Shown here in pieces: positions 12,327 to 23,826 of a DNA stretch of 64,000 nt. The stretch is taken from positions 62,001 to 126,000 of the forward strand of contig MU271216.1 in NCBI GenBank assembly GCA_021432655.1, read 5' to 3'. Within the stretch, counting starts at the first letter, position 1, and every line of letters begins with the position of its first letter. The translations under genes and the position numbers were made by a program. The notes beneath the pieces are model-generated. The model made no database searches, was not told where the DNA came from, and saw only the letters and a list, made by a program, of their open reading frames with translations. This stretch comes from Atractiella rhizophila. Its lineage: Eukaryota.

Positions 12327-14020
12327 CTATAATTCATAACCTTCGTCCGCTTCAGCCAAGCGTGTTCGGCTCAAAACTTCACCATAACACAGGAGATAAA
12401 CCGTTTGGCCATTGGGTGACAAACGTTCCGCGAGCTCGCAATGAATACAGTTCGCAACACAAGTAAGCATCTGAGAACGACGTGGGGAAATCACTAAAGT
12501 CAAGTAAAGGTAGGAAGATGCACGAAAAAACGAACCTGAAAAGAGAAGAAGATTCTGAACTTTGGCAAGAATGTTCGAATAAGGGCAACCGAAGGTCGTA
12601 TCCGGCTGTGAAGATTGAAGAGGCGGGAAAGCAAGGCGTTCATCTGATTCCCCGAAAGAAGAGAAAGAGAACAACGAGAAACAGCAGAAGTGAAGAGTGT
12701 GCGGGCTACTCGCATGGTTCAGGGCGGCGAAGGCTCGTGAGCAGCAGCGCTGGTTTGCAGTCTCGAATTGCTATCACGGTGAAGCGGCTGCGGCGCCGGT
12801 TCAACAAGGGAGTTCAGATATGAAGGGTACTGTCCAACTGACGCAGTCAGCATAACCAAGGAAATGATGAGGCAACAAAAAATATGCGAACCGGATACCG
12901 AGTGTTTGGAAGAACTGTCCAATGGGGAACATAATGAGATGTGTACATGGAAGCAATTACCATCTCATCCCAGAAAAAGAGGAGGGAAGTATGGAGGGAA
13001 GAAATTGGAAGAGGAAATGCAATCAGGGTCTTGTAATCGACTGTCGCAACGAATGCCCAGTCCAACAAACCATCTGGTATCCCCAAAATGAGATACGGAC
13101 CTCAGGATGTGTACTTTCCGATCCAACATCACAATCCATGATCCATCAACGGAAGATGAAGACTCGTCGTCATCGTCCTTACATGCGCTGACGCCGTTCG
13201 TCTCAGTTATAGAAAAAGTGTCGTTTGTGGAAAGCTTTCTTTCGCGAGGAGCGTGGAGGAGCTGGAAAGGCTGAGCGCAGAGCCGGTTAGGGTCCATGTC
13301 GTGATTTCGACCAACCACAAAGCTGTTCAAATCGAAGGCTTGAAAGAGAAGGAATAACGAACAAGGTTAGTATCCTTAAAAGCTTTTGTAAAAGCGCGGA
13401 AAGTTGAGCCAACTCAAGCCTATATGACTACCACGCCTGCAACAACACACTTTCTGGGACTGTTTCCGACAGTGAATGCGCTTCAGTGACCAGAACTTAA
13501 GCCCAGCATCTCTGATATAATTGATGAGGCATTCACCATCAAAACACAATCTCTTGTTCCCTCTGCTCCAAGCCTCTCGAATAAGAGGATTGAGAACTCA
13601 GGTTGGACCGCATCTTCCCAAAGAAGAATAACTGCTATCCCATCGCCTCTGCCGGTGGTGGATTGGGAGCCTTCAGGGGGCTCTGAAACTGCAGAAATAA
13701 CGACCTGTCCATACGCTCTCCCCGTTCCATTCTCCACGCGGTTGCCGGTCTTTTCTAATTCATGACTTCGTTCGACCTCTTCGGAAGAAACCCATTGGAG
13801 ATATTCTAATGGGTTGTCGGGAGATGATGAGAGGAGAGAGTGACGTTCTTGGAAGGAGCACGATAGGAACTAGATGGGGAGGTGCGATTGCGTTCCGAGA
13901 AGGATGGACGCCGAGGGTACGGGGTCCCCGTCGAAGGAGACGAGGATGGATAGCGGTCTGGACTAGGGGGCCGCAAACCGCACGGTTACCCCCCGCGCGG
14001 TGGATCGTGTCGATGCCTTA
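12327..14020 (-). pseudogene. Degenerate membrane-protein gene, possibly PTM1/GOST (lung seven-TM receptor)-like
   Basis: A luminal-type region is followed by hydrophobic segments (DYKTLIAF..., IFCCLIISLVMLTASVGQYPSYLNS, LLLFSGSFFRASSYLYLTLVIS) with stops and shifts. The family assignment is a weak by-eye resemblance. Confidence 0.25.
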
Positions 14021-14329
14021 AGACTGTCTCGCTCTTTTCGACTGTCCGACGGCCGGAGCTATCGACAAATAAACAGATTTTAAGGACAAAGAGGAGGATA
14101 TAGAATTACGGATAAGGATAAGCTTGGCGCATCAACATCTGCTAGGTTCCATCATAATCGATTCCGTCAATCGCACCTCGATCTATTACACATTAAAAAA
14201 CAAAAAAGCAGTGCTGCAGGTTAGCAGAACGTTCGAAAATGGACGGTTGTTGTCTGCAACATCGACTTTTAGAGCTGGAGTTGGGGGAGCGGGGGTTTAT
14301 TGGGTCAAGAGATGATGCACGCTTTCTTC

Positions 14330-16464
14330 TTTATGTTTGATTTGTTGAAGTTGTTGCCTGCCTGGTCAGGCACCGCGGCTCCTCATCTTCTCGTCTCTCA
14401 AGCGTTTGCTGGTCGAAGAACCAGCTGAGCTTTCGTTTTGCCGAGTCGTAGCAAACTATGGAACTCCTGCCTTTTTACATGAACCCTTAACGACCTTTCT
14501 TAAAACTTTGTTACTATTTGGACCTCAGCGTTGTTACTCGTTACAGTTTTGAGCTTCGTGGCCGGGTGGACTCGTTCAGGTTAAGGGGTGTCCGGTTGCC
14601 TTCTCGTGTTGACGCTAACGTTGCCCAGCATATCACGAGTGTATCTCTCGACCTGACCTGCACTGTTTTAGTCGGCGTCCTGACCGGTAGGACAGCGTAT
14701 TATACTCGTCCATCATTCCATCACTCTCCTGCGTTGACGAAGTCAAAACCAACTGTCGAAAATACGGACCACTAGGTAAAGCTAACCTAGCGAAAACAAC
14801 AAGTGCGTCTTCGTCTTAAGCGGCCAGCAACGTCAACTTTTATTTAACTTCGTATTATCATACTTAGTTTCATACAGCTAACCTGTTTCTTCTCCCAGAC
14901 GTATTTTGAAGGTTCTCGCGCCCTGTAGGGGAGACAGACGGAGCCACTACGACGACAACACAGCCTTTGTTATTAAACTCCAGGAGAAGAGTCCGGAGTT
15001 TGGTCTTCCTTGTATTTTAAAGGAAAAACCCATGTGAGCTCCTTGCCTTTCGAGGAAGATGGGGTCAAAGGTGTAGACGATAGAAAGAAGCTCTTGTAGA
15101 CATGCCCAAGCGGGCACTTTCGAGCCCAAGCGGGCACTTTTAGCGCCCAAGCGGGCACCAGCCCTAACGCCTTTCACTTCCCAATTAATTGGGTACGATG
15201 GGTTACTGGATGACGCGGCAGGTGGCGGCTTAACGTCGATGTGGGGACAACTACAAGATGCTTCACAACCATGTAGGTCGCTTCGCAAACGCAAAATGCC
15301 TAGGGTGTAAGGGACAACCGCTTTTCCAGTAACAAAGGTTAAGTGCTATGTTGTCGTCGTAGTGTTGGCCTGGAGCCTTAGACGGAGGTAACGGACGCGG
15401 TGCATGAAGCTACGCCTAAAGTTGCAGTTGACATCCCGGCCTGCTGAGAAGGCTGGACTTGTACGGCTTCCTTCCTTGAACCTCAAGTGACCCTCATAAA
15501 GCTAAACTCAAAAAGAACTACTCTTTGAAGTGCTAAGTGCTGATCGAGGTAATAACCGGCGAGCAAAGTTGATACTCTAGCGTCGAGGAGAAGTTTATTT
15601 TCTGGCACGGAACCTTATCCGGTTGAAAACCTCTCCGGTTACGTACTCCGGTGAGTTTAGAAACTGTAGGGCTGCTCTTGAACGTCACGACTGTTGCACC
15701 CTGCTGCTTCTGAACTACTGACCGTTCCTCAAGTTTTAACAGTACAAGCCACCATGGACGGACAAAAGGATACAGGATCTACCTCCACTATCAAACTCAT
15801 CTACCTCCACAACCGTTCTCACGAAACTGAGAAGTCAAGACAGTACTGGAAAAACCGCTCAATAAGAAATCAAATTGCTTCAAGTTGGGGACTATAACGC
15901 CTACGTCAGCTCCTGATGCTAGGTTGTTAGCTTCTAAGCATGTGTTTCAGTTACTATCACCTAAGGCAGGTCACGGTCACGGTCTAATAACTGTGACGAC
16001 CTTGTCTGGTTCAAGCAGGATAAAGAAGGAAAGTGTTCAACGTGTAACTCTCGTCTGACGTCAAGGGTTGAGACGCGCTGTACATGTACTTCAGGCGTCT
16101 GCCAAAGCAAGAGCAGAAACGGAACTTGAGACCCTCGTCGCAATTCCTCGACGACCATTATGCTCTCTTATAAGATGCTGTCTTCCTTCAATCACACCGT
16201 GTCCGTACCGGTGATTGGTAGATGACGACTGGATGCGACTGTAGTGAGAACGTAACATGTCCCACCTGACCGAACGCAGGAACGACCGTTGTTCACGCTG
16301 GAGCACCCTCTTGCTTGCCAAGTTGCCGTCCAACCTCAATGAGAGAGTTACGAGACCCCCCAAGGGATAATACTTCAAAGCCGTGCTGTTCCGTAGTTAC
16401 AGCTGCGATAAAAGTACCTGCAGCATGCCGTCCAGTACTTTAACCTAGTTCGGTTCTTATCTGT
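14330..16464. other. Mirror block (reversed-only or complement-only sequence) abutting the gap
   Basis: 14359-14433 is the plain reverse, not the reverse complement, of 9100-9174 (73/75 identical). The base-by-base complement encodes a spliced Ras-family gene. The left boundary is approximate (at or before 14359). Confidence 0.92.
15716..16464. CDS. Rap/Rsr1-like Ras-family small GTPase, readable only as the complement read left to right; 3' end cut by the gap
   Basis: Complement exons 15716-15752, 15802-15855, 15908-16011, 16063-16188 (or 16203) and 16262-16464 give MTGKEFKIVMFGDGGVGKSALTLQF...YDPTIEDSY...IIDTAGTDQF...AGNKCDL...YYEVSAR. G1-G5 are all present with no stops. Confidence 0.9.
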
Positions 16465-16490
16465 TNNNNNNNNNNNNNNNNNNNNNNNNN
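16465..16490. other. Assembly gap (26 N)
   Basis: Run of N characters. Confidence 0.99.
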
Positions 16491-16805
16491 ATGGATCAAT
16501 TTTTCAATATTGATTTAGGGTACTTTCGAGGTGTCTCTGCGATTGGGATGGACTACATTATGTGGGACTTGTATGAGCCTTCTGAGCCAACAGTCGAAGC
16601 GACGAAAGCCGACTCAGAAAACTCTTCTCTTTCTGCCTCCCTTCTGCTGGGAGAGGATGACCCCATTCGTTCCACACCAGGTACCGAGCAGAAGGGTTCC
16701 GGGACTCATTTTCAGTGTAAAATCCCACCCCGTCTCCCCTAAGCCAGTTTCGGTAATTGCGTCCTCGACTGGACGCTTCTTAAAGGCTCACGCCATCATC
16801 TCTTT

Positions 16806-16886
16806 CACTGTCTTGGGAGCAACCTTCTATTTCCCTTCCTTTCTCGCTCATCAATCACTGTCTTGGGAGCAACCTTCTATTTCCCG
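16806..16886 (+). repeat. Local duplication of about 31 bp (tcactgtcttgggagcaaccttctatttccc x2)
   Basis: Two copies starting near 16806 and 16856. Confidence 0.8.
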
Positions 16887-18358
16887 GCATTTAGAGCTCA
16901 TCAATCCATTCACCATCCCGGCATCTAGAGCCTTGATTCTTCAGTCTGTTTAATCTCTGTCAATGCCAAGGTTTAACATGCCACATGTTCCATGTATTCT
17001 TTTGCTTAAGACATTGCAGATTTGGGAACTGTCTCACAAGATTGTTAATGGCAGCTTGATGAAGATGGAATTTCAGCGTCTTGTGGAATGATTTACAAGG
17101 ACCTCACAGATGCGCGACTTCCCATCCGAGATGTTGTCACCTGGTGGAACAGTCTCTTCCTCTGCCTTGAACGAGCTCTCCTGCTCCGACAAGCTTTCGA
17201 TGGTCTTACAGAACAGAGCTCATTCAAACTTAAGAAGTATGAAGTGATGGAACCTGAATGGAAAGTCCTAGGTGAATTGCAGGATGTTCTCAAGGTTTAT
17301 CAATTCCTTCGATTTAATCTGTGCAAGATCTGAGCCTGGACTGCAGCCTTTCTATCAAGCCACAGTCAAGCTATCTACCAAGAAACGGGTGCTCCTTACC
17401 GATGTAATCCCTTATCTTGATAAGTTTGACCATAACCTTCGCAACATCAAGCTTAACCGAAATGCGAATCTGTTTATTCTGTTGGGTGCTTGTCGCGCGA
17501 TTGCAGTTCTTAATAAATACTATTCAAAAGCTTGTCAGGAGACAAGCATGTATAAGTTGGCAATGGGTTCCTCTCTCTTGGTTATTATTACTGAGCTGAT
17601 GTGAACTTCTAGTACTCCACCCTTACCACAAACTTAAGTACTACGAACACACAGTGGTGGCTCACCTCCTGGATTCAAGATATTCGGGCATTGCTATATG
17701 AGGAGTTCAAGATCTACCATCCTACTCCTTCCACAGAGACCATAGTTGTAACTGATCTGCTGGATGAGGAGGACTCTGATGCGGAAGAACGGTTTGCATA
17801 TCAAAAAGATTACCAGCGGAATATGATGAGATCAGGCGGTACTTGGAAGCTGACCTGGAGAAGACATGCAAGGACTTCGATGTACTGGCTTGGTGGAATG
17901 GGGAACGGCAAGGAAGCCGGTATCCTAATCTTGCGAAGCTAGCAATAGCTGTGCTCTCCTGCCCTGGTGTGTACCATTTCCTTACTCCTTGCCTTCTGGT
18001 GACCCTTCCTTAGTGACCAGTACCGATGCGGAACGCGCTTTCAGTGCGGGAGGACTTCAGATCACCGGCCTCCGGCACAATCTATCACAAGATTCATTGC
18101 GTGCTGCTATGGCTTTAGGCACCTGCTATGATGCTGGATTGCTTTCTGGGACAGACAAAGAGCTTGTTGATTACTTTAAGACAAAGTAGACATATACACA
18201 CATACAAACCAATCAGAACTACTCTTTCCTGCCCTGCTTCATGACTGAATCATGAAGTCTCATGATAATCACCTGAGAATCATGACTTGTCATGAATGCA
18301 ATGTATGATCCGTGACATGACTGATGAATTGAAATTTGGTGGAAAAAGTCAAGACTTG

Positions 18359-20491
18359 TTGTTGTTGTTGTGATCATATTTCAGAGCTGTCAGACTATAG
18401 TCAACGTAGCTCTACATTCTGGGGGATATCACATTATTGAAAAGAAACACGGTTTACGAGGTGAAATTGGCCATGAATGGGTTAACTAAGCGAAGTATGC
18501 ATGTAATGTGTAAAGAAAAAGGCCCCTAACAATCCCCTTATAATGTTATGGTACTGGTGGAAGTAAGACCGAGTGGGGGGTTACTGAATCGCGATGGCTA
18601 TTTGTGTGAGGTAAATTATGCTTAGAAGATGCTGAATGGCAGATTGTGTTCCTCCTTGGGGACCCGTGTGTAGGTGAAATGAGTTCCGACCTCCGTCGTA
18701 CGTTGGGTTCCTGCAAAAGGTGCCTCAGTTCGGAAGTGAAAAATCTGGACGTAACTTGTTGTCTTTAATCTTCCCAATCCTCCCTGCTGTCATCCTTTTC
18801 TCCTCTTGCCTCCGCCGTTTGTTTCCTTTTTGCCTTTCTTCTATCCAAAACCCTCTGCGCCCTTGTGATCCATAACTTGAATTTCCCACTCCGTCTAATA
18901 AATTCCCATACCGCCTGTGTCGCCTCCGGTTCGCTCAGCAGGTCGCCCAGGGATCTGAAACGAACATCCTTTTTCGCGAGTCTCCTTCTAAGTTTTCTTC
19001 TTTCTTCCTCATGCTCCTCACATTCAAAAAAGAGGTGGGTGACCGTATCCCTCATGCCGCAGGAGTCGCAGTTCGGTTCTTCCGCAATCCCTATTCGATG
19101 CAGGTAGTTGTTGTTAGAGATGTGACCAGATCGCAGTTGGACGAAGATCGATGCCTGTGCTCGTGGCATTTCCTTTAGCATTTCGAAGGTCTGTTCGGAT
19201 GATAAGTGTCGTGCTAAGGAGCGGTGGTGTTTGCCGGAAGAGACTGGAGGGGCGGGTACCGTGGGGATGAATTTGTCGGTGGTGATGATTGCTTTGAGAG
19301 CGGAGGGGCTTCATGGGATTCTGATGTGACCTTGAGCTGATTTTGGATCTGTGGCTTTGTTTGCGGCTGTGTCTGCGAGTTCGTTGCCCTTGATGTTGTT
19401 GTGCCCAGGGATCCAGTGAAGGGAGACGGAGCATACCGGGAAGAGGTCTCGAAATTTGTTGGCCAATTTGATGATGTTGAGGACAATCCCGATTCCCGGT
19501 TTGCATTTGGGTTTTTTTCGACAAATTCTTGACTGCTGCCTGGGAATCCGTGAATATACGGACCGAGGAAAGTGTTCCTCGTGAGTTATTGAGCGCAATG
19601 CTCAACGCCAGGCCGCGATCAATGCCCATGAGTTCCGCTTTGAAAACTGTGTTGTCATCGTAGTTGCTAAGCCTATACCCTGCCGCCGTCTTTGGATTCG
19701 TCATAGCCAGGCCACAAGCTACCCCTTCCTCTGTCCTCGAGCCATCCGTAAAAATCCAGATCTCCCCCTCGTCTTCCTTAAGTTCGTTAAAGTTCTGGAG
19801 AGCTTCTTCCTTTGAATCAGTGATGAAGGAGTCAAATGGAGGCGTGTGTCCTGGGTGAGTGGAAAAGGAAGGGATGATTTCGAGGTCTCGAGGTAAGTTA
19901 AAGTGTTTCGATCCGACGAGAGAGTTCAGAGGGGAGCAGTGTTTTCTCGGGGGGGGGTTGAGATGAGGTGTTGTGCAATGACTCCTGCTGGGTTGGTGTT
20001 CGGAAGGGATAGTAGCCTGACCATGGCTCGTGTTACTACTTTGTCCAGTCTGGCTACGACCGGAGGGAGGTTTGAATCGTAGGAGAGAGCAGGGGCTGGG
20101 GTGGTGTGGAAGGCTCCTAGCATGAGGCGTTGGGCATACCGTTGGACGATTTCGAGGCGAGCGGCTCCTCCTGCTTTCTTTCCAAGGTGGTGCCAGATAA
20201 TGGCGTTGTTGTCCGTCATTGCGCAGATTGCAGCCTCAAAGAGGCGCCGATAGTGTGATAGAGGTATTCCTTTTGTGGTGTTGGAGAGTGTCGCCAGAAG
20301 GGAGAGCGAGGACTTTGCCTTCTTCTCGATCGCTTTTAAGTGAGAATTGAAATTTAACCTGGAATCGAGGAGCATTCCCAGGTACTTCATCTCAAGCGAC
20401 TGCTTTATGGTAGTAGATCCTACACGAATTGTGAGCGTGCCAAATCGGGACTTCATCCCCTTCAGTTTCCCGTAGAGGACGAAGTCCGTCT
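18359..20491 (-). mobile_element. 5'-truncated Tad1-like LINE (RT C-terminus, RNase H, CCHC finger) with TSD and (CAA)n tail
   Basis: KYLGMLLDSRLNF; RNase H motifs IFTDGS, AELMGI, IFTDSQAAV, HWIPGH...GNELAD; QLRSGH...CDSCGMRDTVTHLFFEC. TSD AAAAGTCAAGACTTG at 18344-18358 and 20492-20506. (TTG)n from 18359. Confidence 0.92.
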
Positions 20492-23025
20492 AAAAGTCAA
20501 GACTTGCCATCATGAACTTGTCAGGAACTTGTCACGTGAGTCCCTAGGTACAGCGCTGCAAAAGTGGCGTGTGACGGGCCTCCTTGGTGAGGAACCTGAC
20601 CCCTATGTCATTAAGCGCAAATGCAAAAGAGGAAGCGGGGAGGGAAGTTCACCTCTTTTCTCGCACCTCTCTTTGCTATAAAATTTTAGCCCTCCGTTGA
20701 CCATAGTAGGATCCATACCTGACTGCCCTGCCGCCCTCCCCCGCTTGTTCTTGACCTCCACTACACATCGCGTGCCTCCTTTGTTGGGCTATGCCGTCCT
20801 CAGGGTCACTTTCACTGAGCAGCAGATCGGCAATGCTGGCACCTTCCTTTTCAGCTGATCAGTCAGTGTTGTCTGTCATGGTCTGCTTCGCTCTCCCTTT
20901 CGATCTCTGTGATTACTTCACCTCCCATTACGTACCATCTGTTCACAATGCATGTCACTGCCCCCCTTTCTTCGCACCGATTGTACTCGTCCACTCATCA
21001 CTTCAAACCCAACCCTATCAACTCAACATGGAGCATCAAAGTCCCGTTGGCATTTAGCCCCTTGCCCTGGCCGCCCCGTTGCTTGCTCAACCTTTTTTTG
21101 CGCTCCCTCGTCTTCCATGGTTCACTGGCAGGCACTCCATATCTTGTTTCTTCACCTAGCTGGATCCGACAGGTCTTACGGAGTGTTTGGGGATGGCAAG
21201 GTGCTTTTAAACATCATTTACATCCTCATTTTGAACTTCGGCCATGCCGTCACGGCTCGATTTTTTTACGGCTCTCAACATCCGATGGACTAAGTCAGGT
21301 ACAGGAAGGAAAGGTCAAAGGACAGCCACTTTGGCATCTGAGGTGCGTCGCCTGTTCAGGTGAGGGTTACGGTTGCGGTCATTAAGGCAAGCACAGCGAT
21401 ATGCCCATATTCTGTTATTGCTATTGCATGGCGCGCTTGCGCAATCAGCGCTTTGCTCTTTCATATTCCATTGTCAGGCTGGCGTTTATGGGAATGAAAT
21501 CCTTGCCTGGGCGTAATTAGAAGATGCCAGCCAGATGCCTCCTTAAACAGGATGTTCGCAGTTTACGGAGCAGCGCTCACTCCGTCAGCAGTGGGCTCCA
21601 GGGGCCGGTGTTTGCCTCACAGGGCCATGGATCGTGGACTGGCTTGACTGAGTTGCACGGGAATACCACGCTCCCAATGCTCCTAAATTTGAGACGTCTC
21701 GGTCTGAGGTGTTTGCAAAAAGCGAGCTCCCTTTAAATGGTGCTTCAAAGAACGGCCTTCAACCTGCTCTGGCCTGCCCTCCCTACACCTGGGTATCTTT
21801 TGAAGAAGAGAAGTGCTCATAAACGTTATCCGCGTGCAGAAACAGTCTAACGAACTCTGCGTGTGTGCTGTATATATTCGGCTAAACCTTTCTCAATTTC
21901 AATACTATGTTCTCAAAAACCAGCGCAATACCCACGCAGTACCGTGATCCACTGATCCACTTTAGAATCGATGGCATGTGAACGGTTCCAGGAGACTTGC
22001 ATGAGTTTGCTGCGTGGTAGTTACAATCAAGCCGACGTCCCACCAGCGCTCAGGCGTTGCTGAACAGAGATCGCGCAGCTTCCGAGCTGTCGCCTTGAAG
22101 GTCGTTGTCCGACGTGACCCTACTAACCCTCAGACACCTGTTTTTATAAACAAGGCTTAAGTATAGGGGTGCGGTCATGGTCGCTTAGGCTTAACTGATA
22201 GATGTTGTTTAATGGCTCCCTCAAGGCATTCCAAAGTCGCTTCGTAGTTCTGTCTGACGAAGTCTAGCTCCGCCCTGATGCTCGGGCTTTCCCTAGAGCG
22301 TTCCAATTCACTTCAAGAAAAGCGGTTGTGAAACAGCGGCCTAAGTCCGCGAAAGGAATCGCAAGAGGATGTTCAAGAAGAAACAATCAAAAATGATCTT
22401 GCAGAGGCAGAGGCCTATGTCTCAAATGTCATCAAATGTCATTCTTCCTTTTTCGCCCCGAATACGAATGATGACCGTCTAGCGGACCGCCCAGAACTGG
22501 AAAGAGCCGCGTCACATCCTCTTGGACGGGCTAGCATGATCGTCTCATTAGACGTCAGCAAGTCTGCCTAAACTCGTTCCTAGTTCTCAATCGCTCGGAA
22601 CCATCCATACCCCGGGCAATAAGAAGGGAAGGATGCGCATCGGAATGCGAAACAGGTGCAAGAAGGGACCCGCGATTCCACCTAAATTTAAGGAGAGAAA
22701 ACGCAATATTTGCTCGTCCAGTTAGCTTCATCCAAGCATGCGCACAAAAATGCTTCCTTCGCGGAATGCCGTCGCTATACCACCCTTGCCTTCGTCATGT
22801 GATGAGGTGTCGTCTTTCGACTCTTTATTTTATACTCATAGTGTCTTATATTTGTTGAGCAACCTGACGATGGGTTACCTGGTTGCATGAGAACTTATTT
22901 ATGAAGTTCCGAATGTGCGGACGGCTCAAGAGAAGCATAAGTCTTCGCACTTGCAGGAATAGGTTTTGAAAATGAAAAAACACAAAGCTGAATAATAGAG
23001 CAACGTTACGTCACATGCAAGGGGA

Positions 23026-23826
23026 TCAAGTGAAAACGCAATGGGCCTTCCGCTTCTTCAACTCGCCCTGTGGATTCATATCCAGCTCCGAACCCATGAT
23101 CTGGCGGACAATACACTCGAAAACAGCAGCGACGTTGACTCCTAATTTGCTGATGTCTCATAGTACGGAACTCCGCCCCAAAGCTTCGAAAGAGAGGCTC
23201 CAGCCTCTGCTCCGACCGTTCGTTCCGTTATGAGGTCACACTTGTTACTAATCCGGACGAAAGGAACGTTTTCCTGCGAACAAAATAACGGTGTCAGTTG
23301 CAATTCAAAGAACGGTTTATCCAAGTCGTTACTGGCTTGCCTTCTTGATACCAAGCTCCTCCTTCTGCCGTATGATATTGTCTCGTATTGGACGCAGGTC
23401 CTTGGTGCTATCCATTGAGTCCAAGGCGAAAACAAGAATGAAACCGTCTCCAGATTTCATGTACAGGCTATCGAGAGCGCGGAACTATCTCTCGGCCTTT
23501 AGGAAAACAAATTTGGGGAAAAAAGTAGACGAACCTGGTCTATCCCAGCGGTGTCGAGGATCTGACATTGACAATGGACGAGATTCACAGTCATCGACTT
23601 CCGGTACGAATCTTCGATCGAAGGATCGTATCTCTCGACTCCATCCACGCTAAGTCCCCACACTTGATCTCAACAGGGATGACTATGGCAGAAGCGAACG
23701 GTCAAACGCTCTTGCCGACACCACCACCTACAGATGGAGAGCTGCATCACGACTACATGATCCTCGGAGCTCGAGAAAGAGCGTACCACCGAAGATGACA
23801 AGTTTGTACTCTCTACCTGACGGCAT
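23026..23826 (-). pseudogene. Rap/Rsr1-like Ras-family GTPase with CAAX end, frameshifted
   Basis: Spliced reading MPSGREYKLVIFGGGGVGKS...YDPSIEDSYRK...ILDTAGIDQF...SNKCDL...YYETSA...KKRKAHCVFT*. There are 1-nt deletions after GKS and after ETSA, and the intron-2 region is damaged. Confidence 0.85.

Larger units (their letters stand above)
16491..20546 (+). mobile_element. hAT element, 3' part (transposase relic about 17020-18189); subterminal region interrupted by a LINE; probable terminus ...GAGTCCCTA
   Basis: PIRDVVTWWNSLF, VLNKYYS, LHPYHKL, STDAERAFSAGG...RHNL. TCATGA-type subterminal repeats at 18239-18330 resume after the LINE at 20507-20540 and end in CCCTA at 20546, consistent with a TAGGG-type hAT TIR. 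Confidence 0.75.

Noticed and set aside
13740..14320. Extending the mirror block further left
   Set aside because: The ordinary minus strand continues the neighbouring coding-like frame to about 13960, and composition looks normal. The exact boundary is unresolved.
15104..15156. Iteron- or CRISPR-like triple repeat GCCCAAGCGGGCAC
   Set aside because: It is the mirror form of the CGG-N6-CCG motif seen at 7170 and 8893.
14518..16378. ORFs listed in the six-frame track within the mirror block
   Set aside because: They are chance frames of reversed sequence. The real coding signal is on the complement-only reading.
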